Counted from the stretch's first letter, positions 27,815 through 36,952 are shown. The stretch: 37,096 bases of DNA from a virus (IMGVR_UViG_3300014169_000013:1-37096); one strand, 5' to 3'. Numbers and translations: made by a program. Notes: generated by a model from the sequence alone, not told the origin.

Positions 27815-29740
27815 TTAAACTGCAACGTTACTAGTTGGGCTTACCGAAGGTTGAGGCGGCGCGACCGGCAATGGTTGTTGGGGTTGTTGAGCAGGGCCCT
27901 GAACCGGCGGCGGCGCCGCCTCAGCCTTCAAATTTTGAATAGCTGTAAAGTATTCTTGGATTAATTGAAGCTTTTCGTCTTCTATGTCAGTGACTACGTA
28001 TTTATTGTAATATTGAACCGTCTTTTGAGTCGCAAGGTCTGTTGGATCAAGTATGAATTGATCGGGCGGATTGTAACCCTTTCGGCCATCCTCAATAATG
28101 CTATCCAAGTCATGTAAAATCCGCTCTTCTAACGCGACGGCTAATTGATCGTCTTGTTCAAGGTCTGGGAGTCTTGAAAGTCTTCGAAATTCTTGATTTG
28201 TTATTTCACCAGCGGCCAACATCTCAGACAATTTCGATTGTCGCCCCACTGGGTCTTTGGGTAAAGACGACTCTTCATAACAGCGAATGACGTTTGTATT
28301 TTCTAAAAGGTCAATCTTGGGGAAATCTACTTTACGAGTCCCATCCCGGCCTGGATAGACAGTCATGTACTTTCCATCTCTTTTTGCAATTAACGCTGCG
28401 CGATCAAGCGTTTTGGACGCTAGGTCAGTATAGAAATCTTGATAGCGCTTCTGCATAGCAGAGGATCTTGTTGATTGGATGTTCATATACTCGCGCTGCG
28501 CTTCGCCGCTATTTAGGCCTGCTGGCTTTGTCCCATTGGCACTTAACGAACTGATACCTGAAATTTGATAGGCGTTTTCGATGAGCCATTTGATGTATTC
28601 ATAAATCTCAGCATTGTTAGACGTTGCGTTAACAAACTGAGGAGCCTCGGCCATCGTTTTAACTTTGATGATTGAAGCAATATTGTTATTGAATGCCGTC
28701 TCAAGGACTTTTGAGAGTTCACTGATAATGATCTTTGGAACGCCGGTTAACTCAATGGACTGAGATGCGATAATTAGCATCTTGTAGATTTCCATTTGCG
28801 TGGGAAACAAGATTTCAGCTAGGCCCTGGCTAAACCAGCCAACCATATTGTCATTGTAAGAAAGCTTTGAAAAAGGAAAGTAATCAAACTCCCATGATTC
28901 GTCTAACAAAATGCCATCAGCGCACGCTATTACATGCCGACCGTCCTTGGCCGCGTCTCCCGACGGAAGATGCCATCCTTCGCTCACAATGATATTATCT
29001 GCAATCGTGTCTGTTGACTGTGGCGAACTATCCACAGTTCCCGCTTGAGACATCATTATTTTGTCTGATGCCTTTGGCATTTCTTCAGCCAATACCCCAC
29101 GATCACAAAGCTTTGTTTGAATTAATCCTCTAGGATTTCCATAGTATGCATCGTTGAAATCGACTAAGAGTTCAGTTTCAAGTGTTCGCTCATGAAAGAC
29201 TTTGCCGTCTTTTTCTCCCACCTTAACAAGGCCATTGCCTAAGATTCCTGAATCTCTGAATGCTTGAACGCCTTTTCCATAAGTCTTACACCGGTAAAAT
29301 TCTCCCCCGATGAAGTTATTGACTTGCTCGGCAATCTGTCTTTCTTTATATTTTGAGGCATCGGGAATCCAAACAGGCGAGGGGTTATCTTGAGTAATCT
29401 GAGAGGTTATGGTGTCAACACATGAATAAACCACATTCGCTGTCGGTCGGCCCATTGGCATTTGTTGGGAATTGTCGAGAGTTGATGTACTTGCTAGGTA
29501 GTTATAAAGGGGTTTTCCCGAAAACAAACGAGAGTACAACGACGCTTGTCGTATGCGGGCCGAATGGAATTTCTTCAGAAATGCCGTTGTGCTTAAAAGT
29601 TGGACTAGCAATTGCTCATCAGACTGTGAATGCCACCACGCGTAATAGTTAGAATCCTTTTCAATTGTCTTCTTATCCCGCGGGTCAATGACTTTATCTT
29701 TAACCTTTATTACTTCAATTGGCTCTATCGCGAAGGCCAT
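27815..29740 (-). CDS. Portal protein
   Basis: 641 aa; NVVYSCVDT, KPAGLNSGEAQRE, Pro/Gln tail; gene position. Confidence 0.85.
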   Translation of the reverse strand: MAFAIEPIEVIKVKDKVIDPRDKKTIEKDSNYYAWWHSQSDEQLLVQLLSTTAFLKKFHSARIRQASLYSRLFSGKPLYNYLASTSTLDNSQQMPMGRPTANVVYSCVDTITSQITQDNPSPVWIPDASKYKERQIAEQVNNFIGGEFYRCKTYGKGVQAFRDSGILGNGLVKVGEKDGKVFHERTLETELLVDFNDAYYGNPRGLIQTKLCDRGVLAEEMPKASDKIMMSQAGTVDSSPQSTDTIADNIIVSEGWHLPSGDAAKDGRHVIACADGILLDESWEFDYFPFSKLSYNDNMVGWFSQGLAEILFPTQMEIYKMLIIASQSIELTGVPKIIISELSKVLETAFNNNIASIIKVKTMAEAPQFVNATSNNAEIYEYIKWLIENAYQISGISSLSANGTKPAGLNSGEAQREYMNIQSTRSSAMQKRYQDFYTDLASKTLDRAALIAKRDGKYMTVYPGRDGTRKVDFPKIDLLENTNVIRCYEESSLPKDPVGRQSKLSEMLAAGEITNQEFRRLSRLPDLEQDDQLAVALEERILHDLDSIIEDGRKGYNPPDQFILDPTDLATQKTVQYYNKYVVTDIEDEKLQLIQEYFTAIQNLKAEAAPPPVQGPAQQPQQPLPVAPPQPSVSPTSNVAV

Positions 29741-30018
29741 TAGACTTCAGCCTCGGGAAACATCTTATCAGCCAATTGCTGGGCCGTAAGATTCATGGTT
29801 GAAACCATTTCTTTAATCTTAGAATTAGCCTCGTCTATTGCTTTTTGTTGAATAGGATCAATAGCACTATTCGTTGGCGTCGGAGGCAATGGCTCTAGTT
29901 TTTTTACTTGGAATTCGTCAGACTCTTCAAAATCAATCTCATGCTCAATACTCTTGAAACGCTTCACTCCAGCGGCCCTCAAGGCTTGAACTAATGAGAC
30001 AGTTTCCTGTAAGTTCAT
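29740..30018 (-). CDS. Hypothetical protein
   Basis: Overlapping stop/start with both neighbours. Confidence 0.7.
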   Translation of the reverse strand: MNLQETVSLVQALRAAGVKRFKSIEHEIDFEESDEFQVKKLEPLPPTPTNSAIDPIQQKAIDEANSKIKEMVSTMNLTAQQLADKMFPEAEV

Positions 30019-30296
30019 TACAGACTTTCAAGGTATTTGGCCAAGCGGGCTGAAATCTTCTTACGCTTAGCTTCGTCCTGGCTAGATTCATTCTCGCCCA
30101 TCTCGGCATCCGTTGCCGGCTCATGGTCTGGACTATCAAGAACATCGTTTACTTCATCGTCTTGTTTCTGGTCCCAAGCACGATTCGGATCGACTGCATC
30201 TTGACCGGCATAGTCCATATCTTGGCGAAGATCGGCTTGACCCGATTGTTTCTTTTTCTTTCTGATGGACGCTGAGAGTTCTTTTCCGTCAAGCAT
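30018..30296 (-). CDS. Hypothetical acidic protein
   Basis: Packed in the operon. Confidence 0.7.
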   Translation of the reverse strand: MLDGKELSASIRKKKKQSGQADLRQDMDYAGQDAVDPNRAWDQKQDDEVNDVLDSPDHEPATDAEMGENESSQDEAKRKKISARLAKYLESL

Positions 30297-30297
30297 G

Positions 30298-30528
30298 TCA
30301 GTCTTCCTTTTTGCTCAAGTGATGTAGGATTGTGGCTTCAACTGCGCCCATCAATCTTTTGTGATCTTTGGAATGAATAGAATCCATAAGTTCAGCACCC
30401 AGGGCATCAGAGATTTCGTCATCAGGCTTGGCGCCTTCGGGCTCATGGCTTTCGGCCTCAACCTTCACAGGCTCTTTTTGTTCGGCAGCGTCTTCTTTGT
30501 CAGGCCGTTTTAGATGTGCTAGAGGCAT
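30298..30528 (-). CDS. Small protein with SKDHK motif (paralogue of 30500-30736)
   Basis: AGGAGG SD before MPLAHL. Confidence 0.7.
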   Translation of the reverse strand: MPLAHLKRPDKEDAAEQKEPVKVEAESHEPEGAKPDDEISDALGAELMDSIHSKDHKRLMGAVEATILHHLSKKED

Positions 30529-30736
30529 GATCGCCCTCCTTGTCAATTACACAGTCAATAATGGCCGAGAAGGCTTTCATCATGGATTTATGATCTTTAG
30601 ATTCAATGGCTTGAGATAGTTCATCAAGGGCAGATTCGACGAGCTCGTCCATTTCGGTGAATCCATACTTTGATACACCACTTAACTTTCTAAGCTTTGG
30701 GAGTTTTTCAGTCTGAAGAAAAGGGAGCTTCGTCAT
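30500..30736 (-). CDS. Small protein with SKDHK motif
   Basis: ATG 2 nt after late motif copy 3, no SD. Confidence 0.7.
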   Translation of the reverse strand: MTKLPFLQTEKLPKLRKLSGVSKYGFTEMDELVESALDELSQAIESKDHKSMMKAFSAIIDCVIDKEGDHASSTSKTA

Positions 30737-30738
30737 AC

Positions 30739-30761
30739 ACTATTGACGTAGTGTTTCAGAA
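30739..30761 (-). promoter_or_regulatory. Late-gene motif copy 3: TTCTGAAACA-N6-CAATAGT
   Basis: Same motif and spacing; heads the portal-capsid block. Confidence 0.6.
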
Positions 30762-30778
30762 ATTATATTGATTGAACC

Positions 30779-31063
30779 ATGAATCGTCGTGGATTTTTAA
30801 AGGGACTGTTGGGAACCGGAGCTGCTTTAGCTATCCCCAAGGCTTTGTTGCCCGAACTAAGTCTACCAACATTTGAATCTGTGGCAGTTCAGCCTATCAT
30901 CGAATATTCCCATTCTTTAACTCAACTAGCTATTTTAAAAGAACTTTATTCAGACAATATTGAGGAACTTGTCTATCGGAGAAATCCATTTTTAGAAATG
31001 ATCCAGTCAGAAAACCAATGGACCGGAACTTCTATGCCCATTCCTATATCTTATTCTTCATAA
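30779..31063 (+). CDS. Tat-signal protein carrying a major-capsid N-terminal-like segment
   Basis: MNRRGFLK twin-arginine motif; last ~55 aa align with capsid residues ~7-66. Confidence 0.8.
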   Translation: MNRRGFLKGLLGTGAALAIPKALLPELSLPTFESVAVQPIIEYSHSLTQLAILKELYSDNIEELVYRRNPFLEMIQSENQWTGTSMPIPISYSS

Positions 31064-32535
31064 CGATTCCAAGGCGGCACGCCGAACCTATCGTTTTGCC
31101 AACTAAACGCATCGCCCTGCTTTTGGGCCTGTTCTCGCTGAATCTTTTCGATAATAGCCTGCTTGTGCAAGTCTTCTTGCTCTTTGATATATTCTGGAGT
31201 TCCAAGTTTAGGAACAATCTTCGCTGGCCTTGATAAGAAGTGCCAGCCGTTGAACCAGCCATAGAGAAACGCGTCGCATAAATGATTTGGAAGTGTAGGA
31301 TGTTCCTTCCTCGGGAAGGCTATTCGATCTCCGTCAGTCTGCCAAACAAGGCGCATCATTTCGTCGACGAGCTCAGAGCAGGACTCATGGATTTTGATTT
31401 TGCCAGTCAAAAGATCGCCGTTACATTGCTCGATATGCTCGGCCTTCCCAAGTTTATCAGCATAAACAAAGGGGATGTCGCCACGCATGTTCATTGTCTC
31501 AACGCCCTGCTTATTAGCGCCGTCAATGATTACATTTTGCACAGGAAAGTAAGGATCATTGAGATATTTCTGGATTGTCTTTTTGACTGATAATTCAGGG
31601 TCATCATGATCAAAATACATCTTGGGCTTCTTAAAGCATTTGATTATGTAGAGATTTGGATCATTCTCGTGATAGCCGCTTAGCACAAATGCGTTATCGT
31701 CTTCCCAGCCAGTATCAACGCCGAGGTTAAACGTCCAGCCCTTAGAGCCTGGATATGGCAAATCCTTATAAAGATTTCTCTCAGCCGAGTACTTGTAAAC
31801 CAGCTTGTCTTCATCGACCACCCATTGATTGAGATATGCTTGCCTGAATCGTGCGGTTCCCATTAGCTGGGGTTGATTTACTGCTATGAAGTTGAGCTCT
31901 TCTTGCCATTGCTTACAGACATATGGATTGTCATGAGCCGACCATTGATGAAGGCTCCAGCCCTTTTCTTTTCCGATAGTGATGTCATAGAAAAGTCCGA
32001 AAGTAATGTCTGATGCCATGCCAGAAAGAACAACTGTTCCTTGCATATCTACAACTGAAGGTCTAAGAACTACGTAAACAAGGTCCCTTAGATCAATTGT
32101 ATAAAGAGCAGCTTCGTCGATTATGATTAGTTTGTATTTACGTCCAAAGAGTTTCTTGCGCTCTTGTTCATTCACGTCAACGCCAGCGACGTAAATTACA
32201 GAGCCGCCAGGTCCAGTCATCGTTAGTTCCGATTTGTTCGGAACATATCCTAGGTTACAGCGTTCATTGATATGTAGGAGCACGTCTTTCCAGATGATCC
32301 CCTTAGCTGCCATGCGAGTGAGGCCAAGATAGAGAATATTGCATTGAGGAGTTTCTTCCGCCTCTTTGAACATGTAAATGCCATCGGCGTAAGATTTGGC
32401 TCCGCGGCGAGTAGTGAATGATGCCTTGAGCCTATGTGGGTCTTCGATGAGTTGTATTTGTTTATCGAATGCTATGGATTTCCAATCAAATCTTGAATGT
32501 CTGTATTGATGAAGTCTTTGAAGAGGCGTTGTCAT
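31051..32535 (-). CDS. terL: Terminase large subunit
   Basis: TRRGAKS Walker A variant, LIIIDEA Walker B, GVDTGWEDD nuclease motif, HLCDAFLY. Confidence 0.93.
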   Translation of the reverse strand: MTTPLQRLHQYRHSRFDWKSIAFDKQIQLIEDPHRLKASFTTRRGAKSYADGIYMFKEAEETPQCNILYLGLTRMAAKGIIWKDVLLHINERCNLGYVPNKSELTMTGPGGSVIYVAGVDVNEQERKKLFGRKYKLIIIDEAALYTIDLRDLVYVVLRPSVVDMQGTVVLSGMASDITFGLFYDITIGKEKGWSLHQWSAHDNPYVCKQWQEELNFIAVNQPQLMGTARFRQAYLNQWVVDEDKLVYKYSAERNLYKDLPYPGSKGWTFNLGVDTGWEDDNAFVLSGYHENDPNLYIIKCFKKPKMYFDHDDPELSVKKTIQKYLNDPYFPVQNVIIDGANKQGVETMNMRGDIPFVYADKLGKAEHIEQCNGDLLTGKIKIHESCSELVDEMMRLVWQTDGDRIAFPRKEHPTLPNHLCDAFLYGWFNGWHFLSRPAKIVPKLGTPEYIKEQEDLHKQAIIEKIQREQAQKQGDAFSWQNDRFGVPPWNRYEE

Positions 32536-32957
32536 TGTTCTTTCTTATAGACTTTAGCCTTTTCAGCGATCATCTGAGGGTATTTGCTTTCGATGTATTC
32601 AAGGGTTTCACGCGCTATTTCTTCTTCGTTCTCGGGGCTAACATCAATTGCTTCAGGCTCTGGCACTATCTCTTCTTTCTTCGGAGCGTGTAGATAGCGG
32701 CTAGCTTCTTTGGCTGCTTGAATCCGCATCTCTGGAGTAATGACATAACCCATTTTGATAACTGCGCCATCGCCTTCAGCTTTTTCCGCGAAGTAGACCT
32801 CGTTTTCATATCCAAGACCTTTCCAGTCTCCATTTGCAAAGCGTAGCAGAATTTCGAGCGGGTCCATTCCACATTTTTCAGCTAGTTCTTGGACAATGAG
32901 TGTTCTTTTGTTAGGTGAGCCCTTCGGTCTTCCTGAGTTACCTGGCTTAAATGGCAC
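32532..32957 (-). CDS. Terminase small subunit-like protein
   Basis: FKPGNSGRPKGSPNK N-terminus, RIQAAKE..YLH; directly upstream of terL. Confidence 0.7.
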   Translation of the reverse strand: MPFKPGNSGRPKGSPNKRTLIVQELAEKCGMDPLEILLRFANGDWKGLGYENEVYFAEKAEGDGAVIKMGYVITPEMRIQAAKEASRYLHAPKKEEIVPEPEAIDVSPENEEEIARETLEYIESKYPQMIAEKAKVYKKEQ

Positions 32958-32991
32958 GTATAGTTACCGTTGAATACATAGTTACTTTAAG

Positions 32992-33219
32992 TTACCTAGT
33001 AAACACAACATTAGCTAGCGGCACGATATCTGTCTTATTAATTATGACTCCGTCCTTATGATAAAATATTGATTTTACTATATATTTAGCATCGTGAACG
33101 GTTTTAGCTGTTAGTCTAAATTCCTCTACAGGCTCTTTATTCTCGCCATTTGGAACACCTTTGTGAAATTTAACGAATTTTCTAGGAATTGCTTCCGCTA
33201 TCATCTCTTCGAGTGTCAT
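32992..33219 (-). CDS. Hypothetical protein
   Basis: AAGGAG SD; ends VPLANV. Confidence 0.65.
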   Translation of the reverse strand: MTLEEMIAEAIPRKFVKFHKGVPNGENKEPVEEFRLTAKTVHDAKYIVKSIFYHKDGVIINKTDIVPLANVVFTR

Positions 33220-34036
33220 TGTCTCTCCTTAAGTTTTTATTCTTCGCGATCGCTCTGCCAATCTTTGTCAATGGCTCTGCGATATGTGCAAAGCCTTCAG
33301 TCAAAAGCCTTGCAATTCCATGATGCCGCATTTCTACTTTCACGTAAACGAATTCTAATAGGTCTTTCTGCATCACTGAGAATCCAAAGATATGGCTTTC
33401 ATTGTCTTTTGAGCAAGCAACTCGGACATTGTTCTCTGGATTCATCAACTTTTCTTTGATTTCATGTCGATAGAATCCATCGGGAATCAGTTCTTCTTGA
33501 GGATGTGAGTCGAACCATACTGACCTGCGCCATGTTGAAAAGATGAATGGAGCATCGTCCTTATAAACAAATGGTCTTAAAACAACTATCACTCGGTCTA
33601 AGTCCATTAAGTTTATGAATTCCTTTATTCTTTTGATAGCCCTATTAATTGAAGAATAACAAATATCTGTTGCTGATTCTATTTCTCTGAGACTTTCTCC
33701 TTCACAATGAAGCTTCCACACTTTCCTTGCGATCCATGGTCTTACTTTATTATCACCATGTTTGAAGATTCTTTCACAAATACTTTCAAATTCTGGGTGA
33801 TTTAAAAATTCTTCTTCTTTGCCAAATATCGGGTTTGGCCAATTGCTTCCTTCTTCATTTGTTCCGATTGTTGGCGAGATACCACATGAGCCGGAATATG
33901 ATTTGAGAAGCCCATCGGACGCTTCAATATCTTTGAACCATTTTTTATTAGCTTTTCGATACCATTTGGATTGAATGGCTTCACAGATATTACACCCAAT
34001 AGTGATATTGAAATGCCCACAATTAGACCGCGTCAT
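33182..34036 (-). CDS. Fusion of a sigma-region-4-like HTH and a GNAT acetyltransferase
   Basis: EGESLREIE...YSSINRAIKRI HTH; FVYVK..RHHGIARLL acetyl-CoA motif A. Confidence 0.7.
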   Translation of the reverse strand: MTRSNCGHFNITIGCNICEAIQSKWYRKANKKWFKDIEASDGLLKSYSGSCGISPTIGTNEEGSNWPNPIFGKEEEFLNHPEFESICERIFKHGDNKVRPWIARKVWKLHCEGESLREIESATDICYSSINRAIKRIKEFINLMDLDRVIVVLRPFVYKDDAPFIFSTWRRSVWFDSHPQEELIPDGFYRHEIKEKLMNPENNVRVACSKDNESHIFGFSVMQKDLLEFVYVKVEMRHHGIARLLTEGFAHIAEPLTKIGRAIAKNKNLRRDNDTRRDDSGSNS

Positions 34037-34394
34037 TAGGCGGTGGAACCGCAGTTAATTTCTGAGGATTATTTTTCAAGTTCTCAGCTTCAATTTTCTT
34101 TCGATTCTCTTCTGAGATTTCCCAGGTTAAATGATTTGAAACACTTTTATGTAGCGTCCTATACATTTGCTCGAGAGTCGTTTCGTGGATTTCATTTTTG
34201 ATGTGATGAATATCGGCAATAATTACCTGCCGAGCTAGATCATCTGGCTCAAAGCCTGCTCGGGCGCAAAGCCTCGATACAATGGCCTCGAATTCAGCCC
34301 TTGTCTTTGGCAGGGGGATTGTGGCTTCCCAACCTATATTTGGATAAATGCTGTCGGGGCCTAAAGGCTTTTCCTGCATCTCTTTTCTTGTCAT
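34023..34394 (-). CDS. Hypothetical protein
   Basis: ATGA overlap with the upstream gene. Confidence 0.7.
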   Translation of the reverse strand: MTRKEMQEKPLGPDSIYPNIGWEATIPLPKTRAEFEAIVSRLCARAGFEPDDLARQVIIADIHHIKNEIHETTLEQMYRTLHKSVSNHLTWEISEENRKKIEAENLKNNPQKLTAVPPPNDAV

Positions 34395-34690
34395 TGGGTC
34401 ACCGGCGGAGTCGCGTCACCTTGATCAATTTTATCAGGAGTTGATGCTGGTTTAGCTGCCCCATTCGCTTTGGCCTTTTGTGCGGCTAAGGCTTTAGCAG
34501 TTTTTTCTTGCTCCGCTTTGATTTCTACTTTAGCTGCCTGATCTGCTTCATTGTCGAGGACTCTGAGTTGGCGTCTAATATCATCCATTTGCTGAGGGAT
34601 TTTTTCAAGCTGCCATTGAAGATGGCCCAGGGTTGCTACTTTTTGATTGTAATCGCGATTGATCTCTTGAACGGTCCGAGTTTTAGGCAT
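34391..34690 (-). CDS. Hypothetical coiled-coil protein
   Basis: AAGGAG SD. Confidence 0.7.
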   Translation of the reverse strand: MPKTRTVQEINRDYNQKVATLGHLQWQLEKIPQQMDDIRRQLRVLDNEADQAAKVEIKAEQEKTAKALAAQKAKANGAAKPASTPDKIDQGDATPPVTQ

Positions 34691-34750
34691 TATTTTTCTC
34701 CTTGTTCTTCAGTTTCTTTTAAGACATATTATTTAAGAAATGAGGTGTCA

Positions 34751-35170
34751 ATGCACAAAAACATTAGCACTGAAAATACTTCCTGCAGTTCCTGTCAGGC
34801 ATTTTTGCCGCAATGCTCCTATGTGATCCAAGACTTTTATTTATGGCTATCAAAAAACTTTCCTGATGCCCACATTTGCCAGGGCTTTAGGTCCGAAACA
34901 GACCAGCATGCCGATTTCTTGGCTGGAAAGTCAAAGCTGGACTATCCGAGAAGTGCCCATAATAATTTGAAGGACGGCCAGCCCTTTAGCGAAGCAATTG
35001 ATGTATTTCAGCTTTTGCCAAATGGAGAAGCGGCATTCCCGCCCACATATTATCAAGACATCTACAATTCTTTGTTGAATGCAAGTCAACCAATAGCCTG
35101 GGGCGGCAAATGGCTAACGCTTGTTGATCGTGACCATTTTCAAAATGCATCTTGGAATCCGCCGGCATGA
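34751..35170 (+). CDS. Endolysin, M15-family Zn peptidase
   Basis: GFRS..Q, SAHN..AID, WGGKW..DRDHFQ; GAGGTG SD before ATG 34751. Confidence 0.88.
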   Translation: MHKNISTENTSCSSCQAFLPQCSYVIQDFYLWLSKNFPDAHICQGFRSETDQHADFLAGKSKLDYPRSAHNNLKDGQPFSEAIDVFQLLPNGEAAFPPTYYQDIYNSLLNASQPIAWGGKWLTLVDRDHFQNASWNPPA

Positions 35171-35391
35171 CGTCATGGCAATATTATCTGGTAATATCCT
35201 GTATTATTGGTGCCATTTCATGGATTGTATGGACCGAGGCGCGCGTTAGAAGCTTGCAATCTGCTTTGAATATGGCTAAATGGACAAATGAGAAAACGGA
35301 TATCAATACCGCTGTTAGTCAGCTTACTCCTATCCAGCGCGTTAATGAGCTCGAAAGCGATCTTGGCAGCGGACCTAAGCCCTCAGCTTAG
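35167..35391 (+). CDS. Membrane-anchored protein (inner spanin-like)
   Basis: N-terminal TM then helix; ATGA overlap with the endolysin. Confidence 0.55.
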   Translation: MTSWQYYLVISCIIGAISWIVWTEARVRSLQSALNMAKWTNEKTDINTAVSQLTPIQRVNELESDLGSGPKPSA

Positions 35392-35653
35392 ACCAGCATT
35401 CATAACCCTTGACGTCAGTCCTTCACCTTCTCCTGCGCCAGATTCAGACGATGATTCAGATACAGAAGTCGCGCTAAATCCAGAGCAGCAAGAAAAAGTC
35501 ATTGAATGTTTCAGAGATGAAAAGGCTTGTGAGACTCATTTGGCTACCTGTAACGCCAATTATGCACAAGAGCCCAAATCAATTATGGATCGCGTTATGA
35601 TATTTGTCGGTGGGATTCTTGTTGGAATGGTAATCCATAATCAAATTCATTGA
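35288..35653 (+). CDS. Signal peptide plus C-terminal TM protein (spanin-like partner)
   Basis: Overlaps the previous gene in another frame, as Rz/Rz1 do. Confidence 0.55.
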   Translation: MRKRISIPLLVSLLLSSALMSSKAILAADLSPQLRPAFITLDVSPSPSPAPDSDDDSDTEVALNPEQQEKVIECFRDEKACETHLATCNANYAQEPKSIMDRVMIFVGGILVGMVIHNQIH

Positions 35654-35716
35654 GTCCTATGATGGCCCGGAAGTCACAAGCCACAAAACCTCTTCAGTGA
35701 TAACGAAATGGACAAA

Positions 35717-35950
35717 TCATTTCAATGGCCCGTGAATTTGGATCAACTTCATCGTGAGAACGCCCACAACATTAAACATCTCATCGGAATGGTATCCATG
35801 CTTCACGAGATGATTTATGGTCTCCTTCAGTTCTTTCACATCCTGTTCATTTCTCTTTTTGATTTGAGCAGGAGTCATGCAAGGCCCACAAGAATTTGCC
35901 AGTTGATTTTTAGCCGATATCGGCATCGGCATCGGTGTTGCTCTACTCAT
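35717..35950 (-). CDS. Hypothetical protein
   Basis: GGAGG SD; end of the early operon. Confidence 0.6.
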   Translation of the reverse strand: MSRATPMPMPISAKNQLANSCGPCMTPAQIKKRNEQDVKELKETINHLVKHGYHSDEMFNVVGVLTMKLIQIHGPLK

Positions 35951-36239
35951 TTATTTTGTCCTCCCCGGAAGCATATAAATCTTTGAACATTTTAAAGGTT
36001 CGGCCTTCTCCCGAAGTACAGAGCAAAGAAAGAAAATAGGTCGCCGCCTTATTTGATATTTTATGGATTTGATCTGGAGTGGCTGGCAGTCCGCCGTCAT
36101 TTGCAGCCCTTTGCCATTCATCCTGAAATGCGCAGGCGATATTGGCCTGCCAACCTCGGCGATACCCCTCATCCTCAAGAGCTTGACGAAGGACATCCAA
36201 GGCTTCGGGAACTGTAATTGCTTTATAAGGTGTAGTCAT
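35943..36239 (-). CDS. Hypothetical phage protein
   Basis: Y..GWQANIACAFQDE motif; start at MTTPYK with GGAG SD. Confidence 0.65.
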   Translation of the reverse strand: MTTPYKAITVPEALDVLRQALEDEGYRRGWQANIACAFQDEWQRAANDGGLPATPDQIHKISNKAATYFLSLLCTSGEGRTFKMFKDLYASGEDKINE

Positions 36240-36264
36240 TTCTTTGCTCCATTCCCCATAGGAA

Positions 36265-36456
36265 TCACTTTTTAATCCAAACCTTTTCAATACGAACTTC
36301 TTGGGCATTTCCGTCATATTGCCAGCAAAAAGATTCGGCACTCTCGTAATTTTCAGAAGAAAATAAGAGAGAAGCACCGAGATAGGTATATTGGCCAATG
36401 ACTCTGAACATTACTCTCATTTTTGATTCTGGTAATTCTATAGTGGTTTCGCTCAT
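36265..36456 (-). CDS. Hypothetical protein
   Basis: ATGA overlap with the HTH gene. Confidence 0.6.
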   Translation of the reverse strand: MSETTIELPESKMRVMFRVIGQYTYLGASLLFSSENYESAESFCWQYDGNAQEVRIEKVWIKK

Positions 36457-36728
36457 TTCTTAAGCCCCAATTTTATCCCAAGCAAATAATCAATACTCAC
36501 GCCGGTCGCCATGTGAATTTTGTCCAATGTTTCTATTGATGGTTTTCTTTTGCCCGCTAGAATTTGAGAGACTGCCGCTTGGGTCAGCCCACAAAGTTCG
36601 GCAAACCGGGCATCGGTGATGCCTAGGGCGCTTATCAAACTTTCAAGTCTAACTCTGAAAAGACCCATGTCAAAATTCATTGTTTCATCATCGGAAGTAT
36701 TAAAACTTCCCAATCTTTGTCCAATCAT
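36453..36728 (-). CDS. XRE/Cro-CI family HTH regulator
   Basis: FAELCGLTQAAVSQILAGKRKPSIETLDKI...VSIDYLLG. Confidence 0.9.
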   Translation of the reverse strand: MIGQRLGSFNTSDDETMNFDMGLFRVRLESLISALGITDARFAELCGLTQAAVSQILAGKRKPSIETLDKIHMATGVSIDYLLGIKLGLKK

Positions 36729-36882
36729 CGGCCTTTAGCTCTACTTCGCAAGCCAAAGCCTTAAAAAATGTTCCTTTATATTCACCCTCAAAAATTCCCA
36801 AAGTAGTAGGCCCCTCTGAACTTAAAATCCCAATAGTGTCCCCTTCTTCATTAAACCAAACGCTTTTAAATTCGTGGTACAT
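36700..36882 (-). CDS. Hypothetical protein
   Basis: ORF in the early operon; start uncertain. Confidence 0.45.
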   Translation of the reverse strand: MYHEFKSVWFNEEGDTIGILSSEGPTTLGIFEGEYKGTFFKALACEVELKADDWTKIGKF

Positions 36883-36952
36883 TGGATTGTCCCATACTCC
36901 TAACTGGATAGTATTTATTCACTTCTCACTCCTGTTTGTCCGCTCGGGACAG

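Noticed and set aside
34508-34750. N-terminal extension of the endolysin in the ORF track
   Set aside because: Overlaps an opposite-strand gene; the strong SD lies before ATG 34751
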